The notes under the pieces are model-generated. The model ran no database searches and was not told the origin of the DNA. It saw only the letters and a program-made list of their open reading frames with translations. This document shows, piece after piece, positions 37,627-55,410 of a stretch of DNA of 64,000 nt (the first letter of the stretch is position 1; the number at the start of each line of letters is the position of its first letter). The stretch lies in the NCBI RefSeq assembly GCF_009914755.1, contig NC_060932.1. One strand, written 5' to 3'. Made by a program: the position numbers and the translations under genes. The stretch comes from the human T2T-CHM13v2.0 reference genome, Homo sapiens.

Positions 37627-38579
37627 TCAAAAAAGCAAAACAAAACAAAACAAAACAAAAACCTAATACAAAGATTTCTTTTTTTTCCCCAAGACGGAGG
37701 ACATTTATTTACTCTAGAGGGATGAGGACTCCCCTTCCTTTCAGACTTCCCCAGCCAGTCGTGCCTTGACTTTGTGTTTATGGACCTGTTGCCCACTCTC
37801 TGCACCTCCCCTTCCTAATAAAGGGGACTCAGTTTCTTGTCTCCTTCATGAATTCCTGTCTTGTCCTGGTCGGTTCTTCTCCTTGGCAGCACCCTTCCTT
37901 CTGGAGCTGCAGCACAGGTGGAGTGGAAGAAAAGAAAGCCTGTGACATTTGGCCACAAAAACTCTTAAATTATAAACTTGTGATTCTTTTCATACGTGTA
38001 TCAGGAAGCACCCTAGTAAGATATACTGGCTTCCTAAGATATGCTCTGTCTCCTGGGTTCAAGCAATTCTCCTGCCTCAGCCTCCCAAGTAGCTGAGATT
38101 ACAGGTGCCCGCCACCATGCCCAGCTAATTTTTGTATTTTTAGTAGAGAGGGAGTTTCACCATGTTGGCCAGCTCGTCTCGAACTCCTGACCTCAGGTGA
38201 TCCCCCCACCCCCAGGCCTCCCAAAGTGCTGGGATTACAGGCGTGAGCCACCGCACCTGGCCTATAGTGGCTCTTTATTCATGTAAAAATCAGACTTTTC
38301 CTATTCTGATCAGGAATGTTGACATATGCATACAGAATTCTATTGTTTCTATTTTCCTTCTTCAGTGCTGATGAGAGTGTTCCAAGCTGCTTCTTTTGGG
38401 CACAATTAGCGAAGTCCCTGAAAGAACCTGAGCCTGTAGTGTGGTTGGGACATTAGATGCATTTTGAAAACTTAAGTAAATGCTATAAATCTGAATGTTA
38501 CTCTTTTTTAATCCCTTGAGATGAATACAGAACAGTTGCTCAGTGTCTTGAGTGAAAGGCATCTTTTTCTCTTTTGCAG

Positions 38580-38714
38580 GTAGTACAAGACTGGAAATTT
38601 GTAGCTCAAGTTCTTGACCGAATCTTCCTGTGGCTCTTTCTGATAGTGTCAGTAACAGGCTCGGTTCTGATTTTTACCCCTGCTTTGAAGATGTGGCTAC
38701 ATAGTTACCATTAG
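38580..38714 (+). CDS. CHRNB3: CHRNB3 terminal coding exon 6 (TM4, stop TAG)
   Basis: ttttgcag|GTA GTA CAA GAC TGG...TAC CAT TAG. Translates [44 protein letters not shown]. Confidence 0.97.
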   Translation, partial: VVQDWKFVAQVLDRIFLWLFLIVSVTGSVLIFTPALKMWLHSYH

Positions 38715-39484
38715 GAATTTAAAAGACATAAGACTAAATTACACCTTAGACCTGACATCTGGCTATCACACAGACAGAATCCAAATGCATGTGCTTGTTC
38801 TACGAACCCCGAATGCGTTGTCTTTGTGGAAATGGAACATCTCCTCATGGGAGAAACTCTGGTAAATGTGCTCATTTGTGGTTGCCATGAGAGTGAGCTG
38901 CTTTTAAAGAAAGTGGAGCCTCCTCAGACCCCTGCCTTGGCTTTCCCAGACATTCAGGGAGGGATCATAGGTCCAGGCTTGAGCTCACATGTGGCCAGAG
39001 TGCACAAAAAGCTGTTGCTACTTGGTGGAGGAACACCTCCTAGAAGCAGCAGGCCTCGGTGGTGGGGGAGGGGGGATTCACCTGGAATTAAGGAAGTCTC
39101 GGTGTCGAGCTATCTGTGTGGGCAGAGCCTGGATCTCCCACCCTGCACTGGCCTCCTTGGTGGTTTTGTCTGAGCTGCAAACTGGGGCCGTGTTATGCTT
39201 GTTAGCAATGGGCCAGGCAAATCTCAACAAGGGTTTGGGGATTACACTGGCAGGACAGCTGGCACTGCACACTTAACAATAACACAGATTCCAAGTTGCC
39301 TGGCCTACCGAAGCAGGTGTTATTCATGGTTTATTCCCAGCATGATAAGGCTTTCAGATGGTGAAACTGGAGCCCACTGTGAGCTGTGACTTCCTTTAAG
39401 GTCATGCATACCAAAATAACTCACAATAGAAACAAAGCCCTTTGCTACCAGAAGTGGATTCATTAATACCCATTATCTTTTCCT

Positions 39485-39490
39485 AGTAAA
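39485..39490 (+). terminator. Candidate non-canonical poly(A) signal (AGTAAA) of CHRNB3
   Basis: No AATAAA or ATTAAA seen between the stop and ~39.9 kb. AGTAAA is followed ~25-35 nt later by a T/GT-rich tract (ggtttttgatgt). Confidence 0.4.
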
Positions 39491-40240
39491 CTAGTGTACA
39501 GAACATTCTCTGATTAATGGTTTTTGATGTCACCTCGTCTAATCGGATCCATACCAACACTATCCCCTAGGCTCCACCTGCTGTTTCCCTGTCTCCTGGC
39601 ACCTGGGTGGGCTTCACCCCCACCCACCATCATTCCTTCTCTAAGACTCCGAGGGGAGTCTGCTCAGGTTCTTCTTGCCCTCCAAAATTGCTGCCTCTGC
39701 CCAATCCTTCCTGAATTTTAGCTTAAAGCAATTTTTCTCTCTGCCCAGTTATAAATCCAAATCCCTTTCTGGAGTACTTTTAGGCATGGCTCTTGCAAGC
39801 AGTTTGCAATCTAGGCTGGGTGGAGTGGCTCACACCCATAATCCTAGCACTTTGGGAGGTCAAATCAGGAGGATTGCTTGAGGCCAGGAGTTTGAGACCA
39901 GCCTGCTCTCTACAGCAAGACCCTGTCTCTACAAAAAATTTAAAAAATTAAAATTTTAACAATTTTAGTGATGTGTGCCTACAGTCTCAGTTACTCAGGA
40001 GGCTGAAATGGGAGGATCACTTGAACCCAGTAGTTGGAGGCTGCAGTGAGCCATGATTGCTCCACTGCACTCCAGCCTGGGCGACAGAGCAAGACGCAGT
40101 CTCTTAAAAAAAAATCTAAGTGGCTGGGCGTAGTGGCTCACGCCTGTAATCCCAGCACTTTGGGAGGCCAAGGTGGATGGATCGCAAGGTCAGGAGATCG
40201 AGACCATCCTGGCTAACACAGTGAAACCCCATCTCTACTA

Positions 40241-40468
<228 letters not shown>

Positions 40469-41223
40469 TTAGTTTGTGCTTTCTGTATAACATTCTCTTG
40501 TTCCTTCACCTTTTTCCCTTCACCTTTTCCCCCACTTTTTCAGCCTTGGCCGAGTTTGTAGTTTGTCCATTCCTTCTTTGCCTTTAATGGCTTGAAAGTT
40601 ACATGTCCGCTTCTATTAATTTATTAATAAACATTCAACTTTTTAAATCAATGTTGAGAATTAGTGTTTGTGGCTGCCACTTTCTACACAAAATAATTTC
40701 TTTAGGACCCTCACTTCCCCTCACCTTCATTTCACTTTTATCACTTTCCACATTTTCTTTAAATCATCCAGAATTTTAGTTCTACATGATTAATTTTTAT
40801 ATTATGTGTTCCTTTCCCTAAGAACCATGTATTCACCACACATTTTGTCCATAACCACATGACAAACAATTTCATTTATTTGTTCATCACTGTTTTTTAT
40901 CTTAAGCATTCCTCTTTTCCTGCTTCATTTCTTCCATTATTTCAGAAGAGCATGTCTTCAAGTAATTCTTTCAGGAAATATTTGAGTGTGGTAACCTTCT
41001 TGAACCCTTGCTTTTCTGAAATTGTAATTTATTTTGCCTTCACATTTAAATAATGGATTGGCTGGGTGTGGAATTCTGGTTCAAAATCATTTTCCCTCGG
41101 AGCTTTGAAAACATTATTGTATAATATCCCGTGCTCTAGATGGGAAGCATGCTGGGGTTGATTATTATTCCTCACTCGATAGGTCCCTCTAGGGTTTCAG
41201 TTTCCCAGTCAGTAATAAGAAGT

Positions 41224-42158
<935 letters not shown>

Positions 42159-42484
42159 GGAGTTATGATTCATGCATGACCTTTGAAGCTCTCCCCTGCT
42201 CTAAATTTCTATATTTTGGATAATTTTACTGGAGCTTTCACAGTTTTTAAACCACACAACTCAGTGTAACTTTGTTCCTTTGGGAAAATTGAACCTGCTT
42301 TATCAGTACTTCAGGATGGGATTTGCAGGAATACATTGTGATGAAAATCAAGGATTCTTTGCCTTAAATTATTGATGGGATTGTGGATTCAAAGGGCAAG
42401 CCACTATTCCTCTCCTTTTTATTGAGAATACTATTGACTTTAACACACCACTTAACTTTAACTCTTAGTTTGCTAGGTAAATGA

Positions 42485-43051
42485 TGTCAATCTAAAATAA
42501 TCAAAAGGGTCAGAATCTAGTTTAAGCAGTTTATTCAAGTGCAAAGTTTGAGGACAACCCTCCCAGGAACCACAGATTCCAAAGAATGGAAGTCAGCGTT
42601 CCAAAGTTAGAAATTTGGGATCACTTTTATAGACAAAGCTTAGGGAAGTTTAACAGAATTTTAGCCTCTTTCTATATAAGGCTTAATGCATAGTCACAAT
42701 GTTCTCATTAGTCAAGGTGGTTCTTTTCTTTTGGAAAAGGTATATTTAACATTCTACACTGAAGATGGAACTGTCATGGGGTCCCCGTTTGGGACACCAT
42801 CTGGCCTGAGTTAGGTACAGGATAACAAAGGAGGCAGTTAATCTATCACAATGATCAGTGTTTGGAAGAGGGAGGTCTGGTCTTTCCTAGTTAATGACAG
42901 AACAAGGACAATGAGAAAGAGAGTTAAGCTATAATCTAAGAAACAGACGTGACAACAACATGCCATATAACTCAGATCACAGCCACATCTCTCTCAAAGC
43001 TTAAAGCGTTTGGGGGTTTCCAACAGCTTTTAAGTTTTATTTATTTTCACA
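42485..43051 (-). mobile_element. Solo ERV1 LTR (MER65-like)
   Basis: TG...CA termini; TSD ATGA; minus start TGTGAAAATAAATAAAACTTAAAAGCTGTTGGAA; AATAAA near its 3' end. Confidence 0.7.
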
Positions 43052-43609
43052 ATGATTATACTAATTTCAGAAAAATGTGTTTAGATATGAATTCAGTTTC
43101 AAAGTTTGAAAAAATGCCAGTATGAGCCGGGGGGGTGGCTCATGCCTGTAATTCCAGCCACATGGAAGGCTGAAACAGGAGGTTCACTTGAGCCCAGGAG
43201 TTGAAAGTTTCAGTGACCTATGATTGTGCTGCTGCACTCCAGCCAGGAGCGGCAGAGTGAGCCCTCATGTCTAAAGCAAAAACAAAACAAAGTTAAAGGA
43301 AAAAAAAAAAGGAAATACCAGCATGAAACACCTTCTACAGGAAGCTTCTTACTGATCAGACACAGATTCAGAAAAGATTAAGCCTTCACATGTGTACATG
43401 TAGCCAAGGTGGGAGATAATAACAGCTTCAAACACAGAAAAGAACAAGTATTTATATAACATAATAATCCTAAGGAAGTAACCACAAATGATCACTCTAA
43501 GGCAAAGAAATTTTAATTCCAAATGTATAGCAAGAAAAATCTATGTGCAAAATCTGCCAATTAATCCAAGAAGTGGAAGTTGCAAGAACGATTTCTCTCT
43601 GTATCACAC

Positions 43610-44082
43610 TGCAGCAGGATGAGCCGCAGACAAAACCTCTCAGACACCGAGATGTAGAAGCAAAGGCTTTATTCAGCTGGGAGCATCGGCAAGCTACTGC
43701 CTTAAAATCCAAGCTCCCCGAGTGCACAATTTCTGTCCCTTTTAAAGGCTCACAACACTAAAGATTTCACGTGAAAGGGTCATGATTGATTTGAGCAAGC
43801 AAGGGGTACGTGACAGGGGCTGCATGCACTGGTGGTCAGAGAGAAACAGAACAGGGCAGGGAGTTTCACAGCGTTCTTCTATACAATGTCTGGAATCTAT
43901 GAATAACATCGGTTTCTAAATTATGAGTTGATTTTTAACTACTGGGTTTAGGCCAGGCAGGCCCAGGCCTAGTTTCAGGCCTGGCGCCAGGCTGCCTGTC
44001 TTTGGTTTTACTTCCTTGTTGTTTTTTTTTTAAAACAGGTACTGAGTATAAAACAATGTGAGAGGATCTCTCTCTTCCCTCA
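43610..44082 (-). mobile_element. Solo ERV LTR (ERV1 class; subfamily uncertain, possibly LTR15-like)
   Basis: TG...CA termini; TSD ACAC; minus start TGAGGGAAGAGAGAGATCCTCTC; AATAAA at ~43668 on minus. Confidence 0.7.
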
Positions 44083-44694
44083 ACACGTGTGAGTGTGGGA
44101 CACACGTGTGCAGGCACACACACGGGGGGCCACAGAGAGCTGTCCACATTATGTGCAGCCTTCAGATTTCTGCTCACACACCCCCGCCACTGCTCCTCCT
44201 GAAGCCTTCATAGAACACATGGCCCCCACTGGGCTCCCTGTGTTGGAAAGCCAGTGGCATTTCCAGTGTATGCTGTATGGTTTAGAATATCATTTCTATT
44301 ATTAAGTGAACCTCATTTTCTTAGCTATACCAGTATATTCTCCATCATACCCCCAACAATATCTAATAGAGCGTAGTCCACAGTCAAGGCTTACTTGATA
44401 TTTGTTGATTAATTAAACCAGATACCAGGAATTTTGGATGAAGTTGTCTAAAATGGGGACAAATGTGTACTCTTGCTCAGCCCCTCCAAATATTTCTAGC
44501 TCTGTGTGTGTAATTTTCAGTATTCTCCTTAGAAAAACATTTTCTTACATTAAAACAATCTCCAAAATACTATTATCATACTTAGCAAAATTAGTAATTC
44601 TACATTCAAGTTCCCTGCCTCAAAAATATCCCAATTTGATATTTAGCTTGTCTCAAATAGGATTTGACCCAAGACCATTTGTTATGCCTGTTAA

Positions 44695-44927
<233 letters not shown>

Positions 44928-45152
44928 TGATCTGCCCACCTCAGCCTCCCAAAGTGCTGGGATTACAGGTGTGATCTTAAATCTATTTTAATCTCTTTCT
45001 TGGCACTGATTTGTTGAAAGGACCAGATCCGTTTTCCCCAAGTATATCTCCCTATTTGGAGTTTGTCTGGTTGCTTGCTTCTGGTGGCATTTACCTTATT
45101 CCTTTGTCTCCTGTATTTTCCTGTAAACTGAAAGTTACATCTGTATCCCTAA

Positions 45153-45377
<225 letters not shown>

Positions 45378-46393
45378 TGAAGCAGTCCTCCCCCCTCAGC
45401 CTCTCAAAGAGCTGGGATTACAGGCATGAGCTACCGCACCCAGCTCAATCTTTTTGTTAGGGATGTGCTATAGATGATAACATGGTGTTCATATTATACC
45501 ATAGTGAGGAGGGAGGCTACTTGGCTATCTGATCATTAGAGTTAAGATTAATCCCTAGATTAAGGTAATGCAAGTCTGATCTCTCCACTGTATCCAGTGG
45601 TAAATCTTGTGGTCTAGCCTGAGGCCACAACACACAGCAAGGTTACAAAAACTCTTAGCTATGATCTTGGTCCCTTTGGAGATGGTGTATAGCCAGCCAA
45701 CATTGGAACATAGTAATTTCCAGAGAGTAACATTCTTATGTTGGAATGGACCTTTCGGTTGTGTCAAAATTCTTTCTCTGAAGCACCTACTGTTATCTAC
45801 TTAAATTAATTCATTTAATTAACACAGTGATTACCATATATGTTTAACCTGACATGTATTTCTTCTTTGTATTAAAACTTTCTGTTCAGTATGTCAATCA
45901 AGTACCAGTGACCATAAAAGTAACACTATGTCACTGGCTCATGGACATAATCTTGGGTTTGGGAAAACTAGGTGAGAGCAGCAATCCGTGCCCAGATGTG
46001 GACTGTCACCCCTCCAGGCAGTGTTGATGGCCATGGGACAGGGCAGCCCGGCCTGCTGTGGAATTAGACATGCTCGTCTGAATGCTCAAGGACAGTCTCA
46101 GCTCTGGGCATCAAGAGGAGAGTCAGCCAGGCCAGAAGATCACAGTGTTCAAAAGGAAACAATAGAAGGATGAAAACTGTGACATTAACTCAGGCAAACT
46201 TAAAGAAACAGCCCTGTGAGGAAAGCGCTATTATCATTCTTGTTTTACAGATGAAGGTTCTCTTCATCTGCAAAATTCCATGAGGTGGGAGTGGGGAAGG
46301 ATTCACCCTACTTTACTCGGGCACCCCCAGTCATTGTGGCAGCCAAAACACCCCTTTATACATTTCCAAACACCAATGGGAAATTGTATGAGA

Positions 46394-46396
46394 GTG

Positions 46397-46435
<39 letters not shown>
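46394..46435. repeat. (GT)n microsatellite inside a MER20-like remnant
   Basis: gtgtgtgtgcgtgtgt... flanked by cccccagtcattgtggcagccaaaac and ccagttgagaataactg. Confidence 0.8.
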
Positions 46436-46438
<3 letters not shown>

Positions 46439-46471
46439 ATGGGTGCGATGGCATCTCCAGTTGAGAATAAC

Positions 46472-47158
<687 letters not shown>

Positions 47159-47260
47159 AGCTGGATATGCTGAAGTACTGAAACGATCGCTCCAAAGTCT
47201 AAAGGGGATGGAAGAGGGGAGATGTGCACATGTGTGCCCCCGTTCTTATTGCCTTGTTCC

Positions 47261-47993
47261 TGAAACCGCCTTTGTAAAAATTATAACAGTGAGAAAAGAG
47301 ATCTGACCTAACCCACTCCATCTTGCCTTTAACCTCCAAGCTGCCATTGTTCATCCCTGGACGTAGGCCAAACTAACTGGGAGAAATTTAGTTTATAGTT
47401 TTAACTTTGTTGTTGTAGTTGTTGTTGTTGATCTATTTTTATTTTTCTTTGAGACAGGGTCTTACTCTGTCACCCAGGCTGGAGTGCAGTGGTGGGATCA
47501 CAACTCACTGCAGCCTTGACTTCCCAAGCTCAGGTGATCCTCCCGTTTCAGCCTCTCCAAGTGGCTGGGACCACAGCGAGGCACCATCACGCCCGGCTAA
47601 TTTTTGTATTTTTTTATGGAGATGCGGGTCTCCCTGTGTTGCCCAGGCTGGTCTCGAACTCCTGGGCTCAAGCACCCACCTGCCTCGGCTTCCCAAAGTG
47701 CTGGGATTACAGGTGTAAGCCACCACGCCCAGCTTGATTCTTTCCCTTTTTCCTCTCCAGATGTTCACCTTCTCTTATGTAAAATGCACCATTCGCAGCC
47801 GGCCTGTCCCTCTCCCTACTCGCCCCACCCCCACCTCTAAGGACGTATATAAATGTTAAACCTCCTGAAATCCTCTTATGAAAAACAGCCACAGGTGTGT
47901 CCCACAGGTGCGGTGTTTTTCCCAGACCCGCCCTCAAGTGGCTTAATAAACCTCGATGATCAAGACACGCCTCAGTCCTTCATTTTGGTCATC
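47261..47993 (+). mobile_element. LTR8-like 5' fragment, then an Alu (minus, ~47440-47733), then an ERV1 LTR 3' fragment
   Basis: Starts TGAAACCGCCTTTGTAAAAATTATAAC; TATATAAA at ~47846, AATAAA at 47945, and a ...CA end. Confidence 0.6.
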
Positions 47994-48496
47994 ATTCTTT
48001 CTCTGAAAAATCAGATGATCAAGCACCTGAGGCCACATCCAGCACATGGCTTTGAGGGCTCCCGAATGGAGCTGGGTGAGGGCACAGAGGTGTCTGCGTG
48101 TCTTTCCCAGCCAACTCCAATCTGGTTCATGAGCCCCCAGGATGACCTACCCTGGGCATCGCCCCTCTGCACTCAGCATCTGCTGATGTCAGTGGTTTTT
48201 CCTCTGCCCACTTTCTGCTGCCTCTGCCATGGGAAGTGTGACAGGGTGGGTGGGGCAGAGCAGTGGGAAGAGGAAACCTGGGATGCTTCCATCTGGCCTG
48301 TGACTTGTCTTTCTCCAAATGTCGACCACGCAACTCAGCTTGCCACCTCCATGACTGGTCTCATTGTGAAAACTTGTATACATTAGATATTTTTATCCTT
48401 TATGCTCATTAAAATAAACTTTCTCAGGTTTTGTTTTGGTTTTTTTTTTGGTTTTTTTTTTTTTGTTTTTTGCCAACTGATAGTCCTGATCTTCCT

Positions 48497-48668
48497 TTTT
48501 TCTTTTTACTTATTTATTTATTTTTTGAGACGGAGTCTTGCTCTGTCGCCTAGTCTGGAGTGCAGTGGTGCCATCTAAGCTCACTGCAAGCTCCGCCACC
48601 TGGGTTCACACCATTCTCCTGCCTCAGCCTCCCAAGTAGCTGGGACTACAGGTGCCCGCCACCACGCC
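48497..48668 (-). mobile_element. AluY right arm plus tail (half of a split Alu)
   Basis: Minus-strand Alu right monomer that ends abruptly at accacgcc, before the A-rich linker. Confidence 0.88.
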
Positions 48669-49075
48669 TTAGACATGAAATGAAACTCATAGATTATTTA
48701 ACCCAAGTCTTATTTTATCTCAAAAGATAGAGTAGTTTGCCCACAATCATACAGCTAATTAATAACAAATCCAGCACTAGAAAACAAATCTCCTGACTCT
48801 TTAACCATGTCTCTACCTCCTGTACAATTCATCCTCTTCCATGAGATGAGAGTAGAAAAAGAAGTAAATCAATTGAGATGGTTCATCCTGTCCCCGCCCC
48901 AACTCCAGGCTCACCACCACAGGACAGGGGTGGCAGGGGGACGCCCGAATTAGGGAGAGTGGCTTGGGGGGCAACTTTCGGTGTCAGTAGTCAGTAGGGA
49001 GAAGAAGGCTTTGAAATGTAAACCGTGTCAGGAAGAAGAAGAAGCAAACTGCCCACTTATTTTAGGAAGATCAGG

Positions 49076-49193
49076 GGCCAGGCGCGGTGACTCACGCCTG
49101 TAATCCCAGCACTTTGGGAGGCCGAAGCGGGCGGATCTGAGGTCAGGTGATCGAGACCATCCTGGCTAACACGGTGAAACCCTGTCTCTACTA
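49076..49193 (+). mobile_element. AluY left arm (other half of the split Alu)
   Basis: ggccaggcgcgg...ctggctaacacggtgaaaccctgtctctacta, ending at the linker. Confidence 0.88.
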
Positions 49194-49465
49194 TCATTGA
49201 TTCTATAGTTCAGATACACAGACAACCCCGAATGCATGTGCACACATGTGAACACACACACACAGAGACATTAATGATGAAATCATAATCAAGAGTATTT
49301 CAAGTCAATTCTAAAAGTTAAAAATCTCAGGCCAGGCGTGGTAACTCATGCCTGTAATCCCAGCACTTTGGGAGGCCAAGGCCGGTGGATCACCTGAGAT
49401 CAGGAGTTCGAGACCAGCCTGGCCAACTTGATGAAACCCCATCTCTACTAAAAATGCAAAAATTA

Positions 49466-49639
<174 letters not shown>

Positions 49640-50098
49640 TTAAAAATCTCAATTAACAAAGAGATCTTTAATGTTTTACTCCCTTCATGCCCCTTTATGC
49701 ATTTTCAATCCATGCTTTCCTTTGGTTCTTCTGAACAAATGCTGTGATTCCCTTTTTTTTTTCCCCAATGCTTAGTTCATTTCTTCTTAAAAGTATGTTG
49801 CTAGTTTGTTTACTTGTAAGTACAAGATCCTCTCTCCCCTAAGGCTCACTGAGCAACTTCTGGAAAGCTGAACTGGGCAGTCTAAGGCATGCTCAAGTAG
49901 AAAGGTATGTGTTAAGAAGTCAGAATGGGGTTTCCTTGACCCTGGCTGGGAGCACTCTCCTCCCATCTTCCTGGGATGCAGTTCCTTTTTCTATTTTATT
50001 TGTTTTATTTTGTGACAAGGTCTCATTCTGTTGCCCAGGCTGGAATGCAATAGCATAATCATAGCTCACTGCTACCTTGATCTCCTGGCCTCAAGTAA

Positions 50099-50513
<415 letters not shown>

Positions 50514-50639
50514 TAGCCAGGATGGTCTCAATCTCCTGACCTCGTGATCCGCCCACCTTGGCCTCCCAAAGTGCTGGGATTACAGGCGTGAGCCACTGCA
50601 CCCGGCCAATGCAATTCTTAAAAGTCTCGTTTTTATATC

Positions 50640-52460
<1,821 letters not shown>

Positions 52461-52663
52461 TTAAACATTGATTGGGCTTAATAATAAAAAATAAAGTATT
52501 GCGTAACAACCAACCCTCTATAAAGACAGGAAGATAAAAGGTAGGTACTACAATCACCAATATTATAGGGAATAAAAATGCTCTAAAATAGAGTCATTCA
52601 GGCTGGGTGCGGTGGCTCATGCCTGTAATCCCAGCACTTTGGGAGGTTGAGGCAGGTGGATCA

Positions 52664-52915
<252 letters not shown>

Positions 52916-53395
52916 TCATTCAAATTCAAGACCTCTGCCTAATGTCCCACAGAGAACCTCATGCTCCAGCAGAAAAAAGACAAAGAAGAATTCACATGGT
53001 AATTATAAAAATTACGAGAACCAACACAATGGTAATTATACCATCACAAAAATTATACTTCAAGACTCTGTAAAAGAGAATGTTGCTAATATTATGTTTT
53101 AAGGAAACAGCATTGCAAGGTAAAATTGAAGTGTTTACATACGGACAAAGACTAGAAGGGAAAAGGCACACATGAAATTATTTCCTTTGTTAGATTTGAT
53201 TTATTGTTTTCTGCCTTAAAATACATGTTTAAAATTGTTATAATATTTATACGACAAATAAGAAGATAATCAGAGTACGATAAAACAGAATTCCCAAGCT
53301 TCTCCCTCTCAGAAAAGGAATTGCTCCAAAAGCTCCAAGATTATAATTCCTTATATAAGAAATATGCACGTGGCATTGGACCCAACTTAAAACTA

Positions 53396-53830
<435 letters not shown>

Positions 53831-54554
53831 TCACGCCTGTAATCCTGGTACTTTGGGAGGCTGAGGCAGGTGGATCACTTGAGGTCAGGAGTTCGAGACC
53901 AGCCTGGCCAACATGGTGAAACCCCGTCTCTACTAAAAATACAAAAATTAGCCGGGCGTGGTGGCACACACCTGTAGTCCCAGCTACTTGGGAGGCTGAG
54001 GCAGGAGAATCACTTGAACCGGGGGAATCAGAGGTTGCAGTGAGCCGAGAATGCGCCATCACATGCCAGCCTGGGCGTCACAGCAAGACTCTGTCTCAAA
54101 AATAAAAATAAAAATAAATTAAAAAGACTAGAAAGACAACTTTTTCCAACCCACAACAAAGGGGTTGCTTTAGGCTTGCCTGGACACGTCACGTCATGTT
54201 CTCCTATTCTGGTTGCTCTAGTGACATTCCCCAGATGACATCTGGCCTGCAGTCTTCATAGCTACGACTTTTCCTAAGAAGCTACAAGCACTTGTGGGAA
54301 AGAACCCATTGCTTGTCACCCTTGCAATGCCTAGCACAGTGCTGAGTTTCCACTTAAGCTTCTTGCCAGATGAATGCTAAGCAAATACAGCCTGTTGAGA
54401 AAGACCCTATCTGGTAGTTTTTATTTATTTATTTATTTTTGAGACAGGGTCTCACTCTGTCACCCAGGCTGGAGTGCAGTGGTGTGATCATGGCTCACTG
54501 TAGCCTCAGCCTCCCAAGCTCAAGCAATCCTCCCCATGTCAGCCTCCCAAGTAG

Positions 54555-54737
<183 letters not shown>

Positions 54738-55278
54738 TAAAACTAACAATCAGTGTATCAAATAATGCTGAGGAGGGTGAGTTACATTACAGAGACATGC
54801 ACAAGAAATCAAGGATGCAATAGTTCACAAAGTGTTGCAAACAGTTCACAAATGTTGCATGGTCCAATTCCCAGAGTTCACCTGTCACATGTCATAATAC
54901 TGAGAAACAGCATCCACTGGAGGTACAGCAGAACTTTTTAGTGTGGCTTGATGTTAATTACATAATTAGGCTGTATTGTAAGTCATTCTTGTCTTTAGAA
55001 GCCAAACACACAGACACGAGAAACCTGACCTGATACTGTAGCCGTGGGTGCTGCCCAATCAGGGCACTAATGTCATAACACTTCTCACTTCTCCCCCTGT
55101 GCTACACTGGAGGATATTCTGCTTCCTAATGTGCAAGAAAGTCCTCTTTTTCCATGTAGCCATCAGTTTTAGCAGATGGGGGACTTGGGTGGGAAGCCTT
55201 TGCTTTCCTTTCCTTGTGGCAGGGAATGCAGAACAAATATGGTGTCTGTAAATTTCTGAACATAAAAGAAAATACATT

Positions 55279-55410
55279 TTAAGATTTTCCTGTGTTCCCA
55301 AGTAGTGGCTGTAGAAATAGCCCTGCAGTTCCAAATACACAGACAATTATAAATACCCAAAGAAATACTCTGTCCACCACCATGGCCACGTATTTCCAGT
55401 CATCTTCTAC
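55279..55410 (-). CDS. CHRNA6: CHRNA6 terminal coding exon 6 (TM4, stop TAA)
   Basis: Minus strand ttcag|GTA GAA GAT GAC TGG...AAA TCT TAA. Translates [43 protein letters not shown]. Confidence 0.97.
   Translation of the reverse strand, partial: VEDDWKYVAMVVDRVFLWVFIIVCVFGTAGLFLQPLLGNTGKS

Noticed and set aside
47853-48386. 177-aa ORF starting in an LTR fragment
   Set aside because: The ATG directly abuts the TATA-like box, so it lies upstream of any LTR start site; the LTR poly(A) signal is inside the ORF; no homology recognised.
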